Below are positions 1 through 8,624 of a DNA stretch of 35,754 bases, piece after piece. Position 1 is the first letter of the stretch; each line of letters opens with the position of its first letter. Below the pieces are notes generated by a model that was given only the letters and a program-made list of their open reading frames with translations, was not told where the DNA came from and searched no databases. A program made the translations under genes and the position numbers. Where the stretch lies: contig JAGHUC010000068.1 in assembly GCA_018065035.1 (NCBI GenBank), positions 1-35,754 of the forward strand, read 5' to 3'. The DNA is from Candidatus Egerieousia equi. Its GTDB lineage: Bacteria > Bacteroidota > Bacteroidia > Bacteroidales > UBA932.

Positions 1-546
1 CAGGCGGGAGATTTCATTCTCATTCCACCGGGAACAGTGCATGCAATAGGCGGAGACATTGATTATGTTGAAATAAGTGACGCTCATAAGTGCAGTTACC
101 ATCTGTATGAACTTGATGCGGATAAGAAGAAAGCTGCCATTGCAGAAGAATCGTATGTATACGACATGGAACTTTTCGATGCAATTGACATAATCGATTA
201 CAAGCCGTCTTCTCTGGTGGAGAACTATGCCTCCGTTTCAAGGGAGAAGATGAAGATGTTCAGCTGGCCATTGCATCTTGTTGCCAAATATGCGGTCCTG
301 GACCAGGAGATAAAGGTGCTTCCTGCTATTGCCGGCAGTTTCATTGCATATTTCGGTATAAGCGGAAGCGCAAATCTGAATTGCAACGGAGTTGATTATG
401 CCATTTCAGAGAATCAGTTGCTGCTTGTGCCTGAAGTCATAGACGATTACACTCTTGCCACGGCAAAACAGTCGGGTGAAGAGAATGCTTCGGTTCTGGA
501 AATATACATTCCACCAATTGATCTGGAGTGTGATGATAACGAATAG
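1..546 (+). CDS. mannose-6-phosphate isomerase, class I (C-terminal part; 5' end lies upstream of window)
   Basis: Frame 1 is open from nt 1. The translation QAGDFILIPPGTVHAIGGDI matches the conserved cupin motif (F-x-PAGTVHA-x-G) of type I phosphomannose isomerases. Stop TAG at 544-546. Confidence 0.55.
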   Translation, partial: QAGDFILIPPGTVHAIGGDIDYVEISDAHKCSYHLYELDADKKKAAIAEESYVYDMELFDAIDIIDYKPSSLVENYASVSREKMKMFSWPLHLVAKYAVLDQEIKVLPAIAGSFIAYFGISGSANLNCNGVDYAISENQLLLVPEVIDDYTLATAKQSGEENASVLEIYIPPIDLECDDNE

Positions 547-548
547 CC

Positions 549-980
549 ATGGAACAGGTACGCATAGATAAATTCTTATGGTCTGTGAGAGTATTCAAGA
601 CCAGAGGCGATGCCGGTGAGGCCTGCAAGAGCGGAAAGGTGTATGTGAACGGCACTCAGGTAAAGTCCTCCAAGGATATTAAAATCGGAGATACCATTGA
701 GGTGCGCAAGGGCGCTGTCCGTTTCAAATATCAGGTGACCGGGCTTACGGACCGCAGGGTGGGTGCTCCTCTTGTTGCGAACTTCGTGCTTGATGTAACT
801 CCTCAGAGTGAGCTGGACAAGCTTGTTGCTCCACGTGAAACCATATTCATGAGCCGTGAACGCGGTGCCGGCCGTCCCACAAAACGCGAACGCCGCGAGA
901 TAGATTCCCTCATGGACGGCCTGTCAATGCCCGGCCTTTACCCGGACTTTGACGATGATGATTATGACGAGGAAGACTAA
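549..980 (+). CDS. S4-domain RNA-binding protein, Hsp15 (HslR)-like ribosome-associated heat-shock protein
   Basis: 143 aa. The N-terminus IDKFLWSVRVFKTRGDAGEACKSGKVYVNG is a typical S4 fold with the Hsp15 signature (DK-LW-R-FKTR). It has a basic, acidic C-terminal tail. The ATG lies 2 nt after the upstream stop. Confidence 0.7.
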   Translation: MEQVRIDKFLWSVRVFKTRGDAGEACKSGKVYVNGTQVKSSKDIKIGDTIEVRKGAVRFKYQVTGLTDRRVGAPLVANFVLDVTPQSELDKLVAPRETIFMSRERGAGRPTKRERREIDSLMDGLSMPGLYPDFDDDDYDEED

Positions 981-1009
981 TAATTATCGGAGTTGAATTG
1001 CTGATAATA

Positions 1010-1040
1010 AAAAAAGCGGCCTTGCAGCCGCTTTTCTGTT
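1010..1040. terminator. bidirectional rho-independent terminator between convergent genes
   Basis: aaaaaGCGGCcttgcaGCCGCttttct: a GC stem flanked by an A-run on one side and a T-run on the other. It sits between the stop at 980 (+) and the stop at 1057 (-). Confidence 0.6.
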
Positions 1041-1056
1041 ATCTGTGATTGTATGA

Positions 1057-1863
1057 TTACTCGAGAAGTTTCTGTCTTGCAACCTCAATCTCACCCTTGA
1101 GCTCAACGAGCTGGTTCATGAGCTGCTCAACATTGATAGCGTTGAGAACGTAAAGTGGCTCGAGAACCTCGTTCAAGCTCTCCATTTCCGGATGGTAAGG
1201 AATCAAAGCCTTGATACCTTCCTGTACGAGGATGAAACGGTATGTAACGTCACTTGCTGTCTTGTCATCAAATGCAGGGAGGAAAAGATCCATCTTCTGT
1301 GTCATGATGTAAACCTGCTCAACTGCGCTGGCTGCAATGATCTCCCAGAAGAAGTTTGTTCTGCCTGCCTCTACCTCTGCATCGTAGAATGCCATAATGT
1401 CAATGCTGTTGAAAGTATCTTCTCCAAGAGCCTTGAATGCAGGATCGTTGATGTCTGTATCAAGCTTTGTGAGGGCTGCCTTGTACTCGTCAACTGGCAT
1501 GTCATAGAGCTGAGCTGTTGTGTAGTCAACTGAAAGCATACCAACTGCGCGGTATTTCTGTGTAAGGTTAACAAGGTTGTCAGCTACGTTAGGAGCAAGA
1601 AGGAAATCAGGCTTGAGCATTTTCTGCTTTGGAGTGAGCTCGAACTTTGTTACGCTGTCCTCGCGGAAAATATTGATTCCAGGGAAATGTTTGAGGTTCT
1701 GAAGAGACTCTGCAAGTCCCTGTACCTGAATCTTGAGGTCCTCTGTAAGATACTGCTCCTGAAGTGAAACTTCCTGTGAGTTCTCTTCGGAGTTCTGAGC
1801 ATTTTTGCAGGATGTCATAACTACCATGGCAGCTGCAAGAAGCAATAAAGCAAATTTCTTCAT
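1057..1863 (-). CDS. hypothetical lipoprotein (last gene of fbp-nhaC-ABC cluster)
   Basis: 268 aa with signal peptide MKKFALLLLAAAMVVMTSC and lipobox Cys, followed by the polar/acidic CKNAQNSEEN. No recognisable catalytic motif. A 79-bp AT-rich gap lies upstream with a minus-strand TAccTTTG box (plus-strand CAAAggTA at 1902-1909). Confidence 0.6.
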   Translation of the reverse strand: MKKFALLLLAAAMVVMTSCKNAQNSEENSQEVSLQEQYLTEDLKIQVQGLAESLQNLKHFPGINIFREDSVTKFELTPKQKMLKPDFLLAPNVADNLVNLTQKYRAVGMLSVDYTTAQLYDMPVDEYKAALTKLDTDINDPAFKALGEDTFNSIDIMAFYDAEVEAGRTNFFWEIIAASAVEQVYIMTQKMDLFLPAFDDKTASDVTYRFILVQEGIKALIPYHPEMESLNEVLEPLYVLNAINVEQLMNQLVELKGEIEVARQKLLE

Positions 1864-1942
1864 ATTGATATTTTATTTTAATAATTATTCAATTAATCGG
1901 TCAAAGGTAACTCTTTTATATTAAAACTGCAATATCTTGTTT

Positions 1943-4888
1943 TCAATTTCTCTCTTTTCTCAGATATCTGCCAGGAAAATCGTGCAGAAGAGCGGTTGCG
2001 CATATCACACACATAATGAGTATCACGCACATGTTGAACCATAGGGTAGGGATTCTTGTGTTGCCCAGGATCTTCACTCCGCTGTAGAACGGAGCCCTTC
2101 CGTTATGGCTCCTCGGCTCGAGGAAAATGTAACCGGCCTTTGGAATTATGTATCCGTCAACAACTTTGTGTGTCTTGTCGGTGTCCCTGTTCAGCACCAT
2201 GTCCTCCAGTGTTATGTTGTATTCGTCAACCTTTCTCTGCTTGTATACATCGGCACCCACTTCCTTCATGAACTGGGTTACCTGCTTGTCAAGCCTGAGG
2301 GTTGTCTTGTTGCCCCAGTTCTGGAGATATTTCTCGGCTTCATCCAGCCAGGCTTCCAGTTCCGGGTAGGTCTTTTCCGTGTATTTGCCCCGGGCAAGCT
2401 GGTCCATGCCGCTGTACAGAGGCATTTTGCATATCTTAGCCAGGTGAGGCAGTTCGTTGTTCAGGGTAAGGAAGTCAATGTCATTGTATTCCTTGTTGTT
2501 CAGCCTGCTGTCCTCGAGTTTCTCAAGCCTTGAGCGCAATTCGTAGAGGAAGGCCTTGTTGTAGTATGTGGCGGTGTAGCGCTCGCAGTCCTGGTCGAAT
2601 ATGTTCCTCTCATAATCGTTGAGTGAGAACGATGCGGTTGCGAGTGCCTCGTAAGACCATCTTGAAGGAATTACTTCACCTATCAACGGTACATTGCCTG
2701 TGTTGCTGTTAGGGTTGAGGTCCTCGAACTTGACAACCAGACCGCAGAGGAGAATCTGAGGTATGAGCAGCATAGGAATGGTGATGTATATGGCTACTAT
2801 GGAGTTAAGGCACTGCGATAGCAGAAGTCCCGTGAGGCCTGCCAGGAACGCCGATGCAAAGAGAATCATCCACCATACGAAGAAGAGTGAGTGGATTCCC
2901 ATGATAAGGTTTCCTACAACGATGAAAAGTCCTGTCTGGATGAAACAAACCATCGCCATGTAGAGTATCTTGGACCAGATGTAGCTGCTGTAGCTCAGTC
3001 GGAGGAACTTCTCTCTCTTCAAGAGGGCTCTGTCCTTGAAGATTTCCTCGGCGCTGCCGCTCATTCCTATGAAGATGGCCACTATCACCGCCATGAACAT
3101 ATAGGAAACCAGGTTCTTGTTCTCCATTACGGAGTAGGTTCCGCTGTCGGGGGTGAAGTGCGTGAGCAGGGCAACTATGAGTGCGAGGAGAGGGGCCTCC
3201 AGCAGGGTTATTGCCATATACTGTGCGTTGGTGATCTTTGAGACTATGTTCCTGCGGAAGAAGATTCCAAGCTGCTTGAATACGTTCGGCTTCTTCTGGT
3301 CGGTCACCGGTACGCTGTCAACGGCAGGTTCGCTGAATTTCTCGCGTGAGTTGAGGTACATTTCGTGCCATTCTTCAGGAGCAACCTTCCTCTTCTCAAT
3401 GGTGGCTCCGGAACCGTCGAGGGCTTTCTCATCAATGATGTTGAGCACAACTTCAGGGTTAACATTGCCGCAGGTAGGGCAGGTGGCAACATCGGCATCT
3501 GCATAATGGGCCGCTTCCTTGAAATATGAGATGGCGTCTATAGGGTTGCCGTCGAAAACAGGGTATCCTCCCTTGTCGAGCAGCCACAGACGGTCAAAGA
3601 ATTTGTAAACGTCCGAAGATGGCTGGTGAATGTTCATGACAACCAGCTTGCCCTTGCAGGTCTGCTCCTTGAGCAGGTTCACAACGTTTTCAGTATCTGT
3701 TGATGACAGGCCGGATGTAGGCTCGTCAAGGAAAAGGATTGCAGGTTCACGTATGAGTTCCAGCGCAATGTTCAGGCGCTTCCTCTGTCCGCCGGAAATG
3801 TATTTGTTGATTGCCGAACCAACCTTGAGGTCCTTGGCGGCTGCAAGTCCGAGCTGTGTGAGGATTGAGAGAACCTTCTGGTTTATCTGCTCCTCAGGCA
3901 TCTTGTCAAAGCAGAGTTTTGCTGTATAGTAGAGATTCTGGTAAACGGTAAGTTCCTCAATGAGAAGGTCATCCTGAGGAACGAATCCTATAAGGGCCTT
4001 TGCTTCAGGCTCGCTTATGGAATGTCCGTTGATTGTTATGCTTCCCTCCTGAGGTGTGTTGCTGCCGTTGAGCAGTGAAAGAAGGGTTGATTTTCCTGTG
4101 CCGCTGCCTCCCATTATGGCAACAAGCTGTCCTGATTTCAGGTTGAAAGAGAAATTGTGCAGACCGTTGCTGCCGCCAGGAGTGAAACGGAAGTTTATGT
4201 CACGTCCGCACATCTGAACGTCCTTTTCAGCCTGCCACTGCTGATAGGCTGCGGAAATTGTGGTGTAATATACAGGACGGCCCTTAGGCAGTTTAACCAC
4301 GCCGCTCTGCTGCCATATCTGGAAAATGCCGCTGAGAACCGGAACATCGTTGTATAGAACAATCTCATTTCCTGAATAAGTGAAGATCATTTTGTTGAAT
4401 TCACTTATGTACAGGGTCTTGATGTATCCGTCAACGTTCTCGTAACTGAATTTCTTGACCTTGCCGCCTTCCTTTTCGTTCACGAAATCCTCAAAGTCCG
4501 CGAAAAGGGAGCTGTTGACGTCAAAGGCCTTGGCAACCTTTGAGAAGATAGGGTCCTTTGAATTGAATGCCGCTGAATCGGAAGCCTGTGCGTACTGGCT
4601 GAACTCCATGAAACGCAGAAGCATCAGTGCCTGCTCCTGCTGGCTTATGCTGCCCTTGAGGTTGGAACAGGTGTTTTCAACAATGGCCTCCTTGTCAAGT
4701 GTTTCCGACTCATCATAAAAGTTCCTCAAGTCTTCATACAACTGGAGATAGGATTCCTTGTCTCGTACTCCGAAATGCCTGGAAAGGTAGTTCTCCAGCA
4801 GTTTGCCGGAAACTTCCTGATTCGTTTTGTTCCTAGAACTGAACAGGGCAAAGAGGTTGATCAGGCCCGAAAGGATTATATCATTCAT
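1943..4888 (-). CDS. fused ABC transporter: N-terminal unknown domain + ATP-binding cassette + ABC-2-type permease + C-terminal extension
   Basis: 981 aa. Walker A GGSGTGKST, ABC signature LSGGQRKRLNIALEL, Walker B ILFLDEPTSGL and H-loop NIHQPS. These are followed by multiple hydrophobic helices (ABC-2 type membrane domain), a roughly 230-aa soluble region and a final TM helix. The start ATG overlaps the nhaC stop (ATGA). Confidence 0.85.
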   Translation of the reverse strand: MNDIILSGLINLFALFSSRNKTNQEVSGKLLENYLSRHFGVRDKESYLQLYEDLRNFYDESETLDKEAIVENTCSNLKGSISQQEQALMLLRFMEFSQYAQASDSAAFNSKDPIFSKVAKAFDVNSSLFADFEDFVNEKEGGKVKKFSYENVDGYIKTLYISEFNKMIFTYSGNEIVLYNDVPVLSGIFQIWQQSGVVKLPKGRPVYYTTISAAYQQWQAEKDVQMCGRDINFRFTPGGSNGLHNFSFNLKSGQLVAIMGGSGTGKSTLLSLLNGSNTPQEGSITINGHSISEPEAKALIGFVPQDDLLIEELTVYQNLYYTAKLCFDKMPEEQINQKVLSILTQLGLAAAKDLKVGSAINKYISGGQRKRLNIALELIREPAILFLDEPTSGLSSTDTENVVNLLKEQTCKGKLVVMNIHQPSSDVYKFFDRLWLLDKGGYPVFDGNPIDAISYFKEAAHYADADVATCPTCGNVNPEVVLNIIDEKALDGSGATIEKRKVAPEEWHEMYLNSREKFSEPAVDSVPVTDQKKPNVFKQLGIFFRRNIVSKITNAQYMAITLLEAPLLALIVALLTHFTPDSGTYSVMENKNLVSYMFMAVIVAIFIGMSGSAEEIFKDRALLKREKFLRLSYSSYIWSKILYMAMVCFIQTGLFIVVGNLIMGIHSLFFVWWMILFASAFLAGLTGLLLSQCLNSIVAIYITIPMLLIPQILLCGLVVKFEDLNPNSNTGNVPLIGEVIPSRWSYEALATASFSLNDYERNIFDQDCERYTATYYNKAFLYELRSRLEKLEDSRLNNKEYNDIDFLTLNNELPHLAKICKMPLYSGMDQLARGKYTEKTYPELEAWLDEAEKYLQNWGNKTTLRLDKQVTQFMKEVGADVYKQRKVDEYNITLEDMVLNRDTDKTHKVVDGYIIPKAGYIFLEPRSHNGRAPFYSGVKILGNTRIPTLWFNMCVILIMCVICATALLHDFPGRYLRKERN

Positions 4889-6405
4889 ATATTGCTATTG
4901 TTTTTTTCAGTATTGGTTCTCAGCTTGAAAATCCTGTAACCTGTGGCTGCCACTATCACAGATACCACAGGCGACAGTAAATTGAATATGCAGTAAGGCA
5001 GGTAATCCAGTGTGGGTACCTTGAGCACCGTTGACTGGGTCATGCCGCAGGAGTTCCATGGAATGAGGACTGAGGTGATGGTAGCCGAATCTTCAACGGA
5101 ACGGCTAAGAAGTCTGGCTTCAAAGCCCTTGTCCTTGTAGAGTTTCTTGAACAGGCTGCTGCTCAGGATGATGGAGAGGAACTGGTCTCCGGTAATCATG
5201 TTGGAGAAGATACCTGTTGATACTGTGGCTCCAACAGTTGCCGTGCGTCCCGATATCTTTCTTGTGAGTGCGTTGGTTATGCTGGCAATCATGCCGCTTC
5301 CTGCCATCACTCCTCCGAAGCTTGCGGCGCAGACTATGAGGAAGATTGTGCTGAGCATACCGTTCATGCCGTGGGTCTGCACAAGAGAGTCAAGGACTTC
5401 ACTGCCGGTATTGACTGAAGTATCGCCGTAGAAAGTAATGAGAATTCCTTTGAAATAATCTGCAGAGCAGGCAGGGCCTTCCGCTCCGCCTATGCCTGCA
5501 ACTGTCTCCGGCTGGGCAATAAGTGCGGCAATGCCGGCTGCCAGCGCTGAAATGAATAGTATCAGCAATGCCGGAGCCCTCCTGATTATAAGAACAAGTG
5601 TCAGTGCGGGAACGAGCAGCAGCCAGAGTGAAATGTTGAACGAACTCTGCAGGGCCGTTGAGAATTCCTCGCTGGTGGCTATGCTGTTATTGTCATGCGT
5701 CAGGCTTGCTATAAGAAAGACGATGCATGCAATGCTCATTGAAGGCACGGTTGTGATGAGCATGTATCTTATATGTTCGAACAGAGGCACTTCGTTTGTG
5801 GAAGAAGCCAGGACAGTGGTGTCGGAAAGCGGTGATATCTTGTCACCGAAGTATGCTCCGGAAATGATGGCTCCCGCTGTCCATCCGGTTGAATACCCCA
5901 ATGCCATTCCAATACCTATCAGAGCAACGCCAATGGTTGCGATAGTGCTCCAGGAACTGCCTGTCATAATTGCCACCAATGCGCATATAAGACATACTGC
6001 AAACAGGAATATCGCCGGTGAAATGACCTGCAGACCATAGTAGATCATGGTGGGGACAATGCCGCTTATCATCCAGCTTCCTGCAATGGCGCCAATGAGC
6101 AGAAGTATGATTATTGCGGAACCTATTGTCTTTATGTTCGCGCTTATGGCGTTCTCAAGTTTGGAGAAAGGCGTCCTGTAGAACACCATGGCAATGGTAG
6201 CGGCCAGACTCGCCGAGAAAAGGAGCGCTACCTGTGAAGCTCCCGCCAGCGAATCCGCCCCGAAACATCTTACTATGAAGGTAAGTGTAACTGCGAGCAC
6301 AACAAAAGGTATGAGAGAGACAAGCGGATGCGGAATCCTTTCAGTTGCATCCTTACTGCCTTCAAGCTCCTTGCCGTTATGTTTCCAAGCTTTGAAAATT
6401 GTCAT
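4885..6405 (-). CDS. nhaC: Na+/H+ antiporter, NhaC family
   Basis: 506 aa polytopic membrane protein of about 12 TM helices. The N-terminus KDATERIPHPLVSLIPFVVLAVTL and the overall pattern are typical of NhaC. It starts 3 nt after the fbp stop and its stop overlaps the ABC start. Confidence 0.75.
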   Translation of the reverse strand: MTIFKAWKHNGKELEGSKDATERIPHPLVSLIPFVVLAVTLTFIVRCFGADSLAGASQVALLFSASLAATIAMVFYRTPFSKLENAISANIKTIGSAIIILLLIGAIAGSWMISGIVPTMIYYGLQVISPAIFLFAVCLICALVAIMTGSSWSTIATIGVALIGIGMALGYSTGWTAGAIISGAYFGDKISPLSDTTVLASSTNEVPLFEHIRYMLITTVPSMSIACIVFLIASLTHDNNSIATSEEFSTALQSSFNISLWLLLVPALTLVLIIRRAPALLILFISALAAGIAALIAQPETVAGIGGAEGPACSADYFKGILITFYGDTSVNTGSEVLDSLVQTHGMNGMLSTIFLIVCAASFGGVMAGSGMIASITNALTRKISGRTATVGATVSTGIFSNMITGDQFLSIILSSSLFKKLYKDKGFEARLLSRSVEDSATITSVLIPWNSCGMTQSTVLKVPTLDYLPYCIFNLLSPVVSVIVAATGYRIFKLRTNTEKNNSNI

Positions 6406-6408
6406 ATT

Positions 6409-8367
6409 CTAGAACCTGATGGAACCGTTCCTGTAGGCCTGAACAAGCTGGTGCAGATCATCTATTCTCATTGCCAGTTCCTTGCCCTTGTCGGTGTCCC
6501 TTACATAAATTCTCTGTTCGGCGTTTTCCACAACCTTGGTCATGGACCTGATGTCAACGCCTTTTTCTATTGCGGTCTGTTTTGAAACGAAAGGTTCGTG
6601 CTGAACCAGTTTCAGACCGTAGCTGTTGAAAGTGAGGGTGTATCCCCCTATGCCTGTCTCTTTCTGGTATGCCTTTGAGAAGCCGCCGTCAATTACCAGC
6701 AGCTTTCCTTCGGCCTTGATAGGATTTTCTCCCTGACCGGCTTTCACAGGTATATGACCGTTGATTATATGGCCGTGCTCATAATTCTCAACACCGAATT
6801 CCTTGAGTATCTTCTCGCAGATATCCTTTCTGTTCTTGAGCGTGTAGTACCAGCCTTTAGGCTCTTTCTGCGGCTCCTTGTCTGAAAGCAGGTAGCGCTC
6901 GAAGGTTGCCATCTTGCCTTTGTCAAAAGGTGGTGAAACCGGACCGCACCACAGATACCAGAGGAAGTCCTGACCGTATTTCTGCAAACTCGGCTTGTCG
7001 TGAGAGTAGAAGGCTGTACGTACAATCTGGTCTATCTTGTCACAGAGAGCCTTGCCGCTGTACATCCTGCCCATTATTTCCATTTCCTTGAAGGAACCGT
7101 CTTCGTTCAGAGGTATAGAACCATGGAAAAGGAGATTGTCATTCATAACCAGGTACAGTGAACCACGTGAAAGCAGGCAGTTCACGTGCTTCTCCAGACG
7201 AGGCGATACCGTGAAACTGTGAGTGAGCTTGGTAATCACATCCTTTTCTCCGGCCGTGAGTTCGTACGGTGCCTTGGGGTTGATGGTAGGGAAGTTGCTG
7301 TCCTTGAGCTTGTAATCAACACCGTCTATCTTTACCGTTCCCTTCTCGAAATCAATCAGATGCAGAAGCTTTCTTCCTTCCATCCCGAACTCCTTGCGTC
7401 TGTCAACAACCCTTGCCTCCAGCTTCCACTGAATCACCGAAATAGCCTTGTGCATCTGCGATATGAGTCTTGCCTGTGATTCGTCAATGACCTCGTATTC
7501 ATTGATCTTAGGTCTGAAAACCGTGCAAGGGTCATTGCCGTAAACATTCATTGCGAATGTTGCAAGAGGAAGTATGTTTATTCCGTAACCATCCTCAAGT
7601 GTGGTGAGATTGGCATAGCGGAAGCACATTCTCAGAACGTTGGCCACGCAGGCCTTGCTTCCGGCAGCAGCTCCCATCCATACAACGTCGTGGTTGCCCC
7701 ACTGTATGTCTGCATTGTGATACTCGCACAGGCGGTCCATGATAAGGTGCGCCCCGGGTCCGCGGTCATAAATGTCACCTATCACGTGCAGACAGTCAAT
7801 CACGAGCCTCTGAATCACATTGCATATTGCAGTGATGAAATGGTCCGCTCTTCCTGTGGAGATGATAGTCTCCACAATGGCCATTATATAGTTGTGCTTG
7901 TTGGCATCAACGCTCTTGGACTCGTGCAGAAGTTCCTCTATGATGTAGGAATATTCAGCAGGCAGAGCCTTCCTCACCTTTGATCTGGTGTATTTTGAAG
8001 AAGATTCGGCCAGCACCCTTACAAGCCTCATCAGAACCACCTTGTACCAGCCCTTGAGGTCCTTCTCCCTCTGTTTCATTATCTTGAGCATGGCCTCGGG
8101 GTAATATATGAGCGTGCAAAGCTCCTTCCTGGCAGATTCCATCAGGTTGTCCCCGAAAAGATCCTCCACCTTCTGCTTGATAACTCCCGATGCATTCCTG
8201 AGCACATGCTCCACCGCCTCGTTCTCTCCGTGGAGGTCAGTGATGAAATGCTCGGTTCCCTTAGGAAGATTCATTATAGCCTCCAGATTGATTATCTCCG
8301 TGCAGGCTGCCTGAACGGTTGGGAAGCTCTTTGAAAGCAATCTCAGGTACTTGATGTCTCTTTTCAT
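6409..8367 (-). CDS. fbp: fructose-1,6-bisphosphatase, class 3
   Basis: 652 aa. The N-terminus MKRDIKYLRLLSKSFPT and a length near 640 aa are characteristic of the class 3 (Firmicutes/Bacteroidetes-type) FBPase. A metallophosphatase-like core is present (GDIYDRGP, GNHD). Confidence 0.85.
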   Translation of the reverse strand: MKRDIKYLRLLSKSFPTVQAACTEIINLEAIMNLPKGTEHFITDLHGENEAVEHVLRNASGVIKQKVEDLFGDNLMESARKELCTLIYYPEAMLKIMKQREKDLKGWYKVVLMRLVRVLAESSSKYTRSKVRKALPAEYSYIIEELLHESKSVDANKHNYIMAIVETIISTGRADHFITAICNVIQRLVIDCLHVIGDIYDRGPGAHLIMDRLCEYHNADIQWGNHDVVWMGAAAGSKACVANVLRMCFRYANLTTLEDGYGINILPLATFAMNVYGNDPCTVFRPKINEYEVIDESQARLISQMHKAISVIQWKLEARVVDRRKEFGMEGRKLLHLIDFEKGTVKIDGVDYKLKDSNFPTINPKAPYELTAGEKDVITKLTHSFTVSPRLEKHVNCLLSRGSLYLVMNDNLLFHGSIPLNEDGSFKEMEIMGRMYSGKALCDKIDQIVRTAFYSHDKPSLQKYGQDFLWYLWCGPVSPPFDKGKMATFERYLLSDKEPQKEPKGWYYTLKNRKDICEKILKEFGVENYEHGHIINGHIPVKAGQGENPIKAEGKLLVIDGGFSKAYQKETGIGGYTLTFNSYGLKLVQHEPFVSKQTAIEKGVDIRSMTKVVENAEQRIYVRDTDKGKELAMRIDDLHQLVQAYRNGSIRF

Positions 8368-8443
8368 ACTCTTCTTCTTTTTGGTGGCTGCAGCTCCTTA
8401 TGAAGGAGGGAGCTATTTGCGCAGCACAATACACTAAACTTAC

Positions 8444-8451
8444 AAATATAA
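8444..8451 (-). promoter_or_regulatory. candidate Bacteroidetes -7 box (TAtaTTTG on minus strand) for fbp operon
   Basis: Plus-strand CAAAtaTA, which is TAtaTTTG on the minus strand. It lies about 75 nt upstream of the fbp ATG at 8367. Confidence 0.3.
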
Positions 8452-8554
8452 CATTTTTTCTCCAAACTTTCTCTTTTCAGCCCACTGCTTTTTTCCACCG
8501 GCGATAGTTCAGCATAATAAGGTTCTTGAAGTTCTTATCCATCGCTGTGGAAGA

Positions 8555-8592
8555 GTAAAAAAATATGGAGCTGACTTTTCAGAGCCAGCTCC
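8555..8592 (-). terminator. rho-independent terminator for the 618-aa lipoprotein gene
   Basis: On the minus strand: GGAGCTGgctctgaaaagtCAGCTCC followed by atattttttta. The 7-bp GC stem plus T-run sits 33 nt after the stop at 8625. Confidence 0.6.
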
Positions 8593-8624
8593 TGCTGTTT
8601 TATCACTGCTGTTTTGCAGGGATT

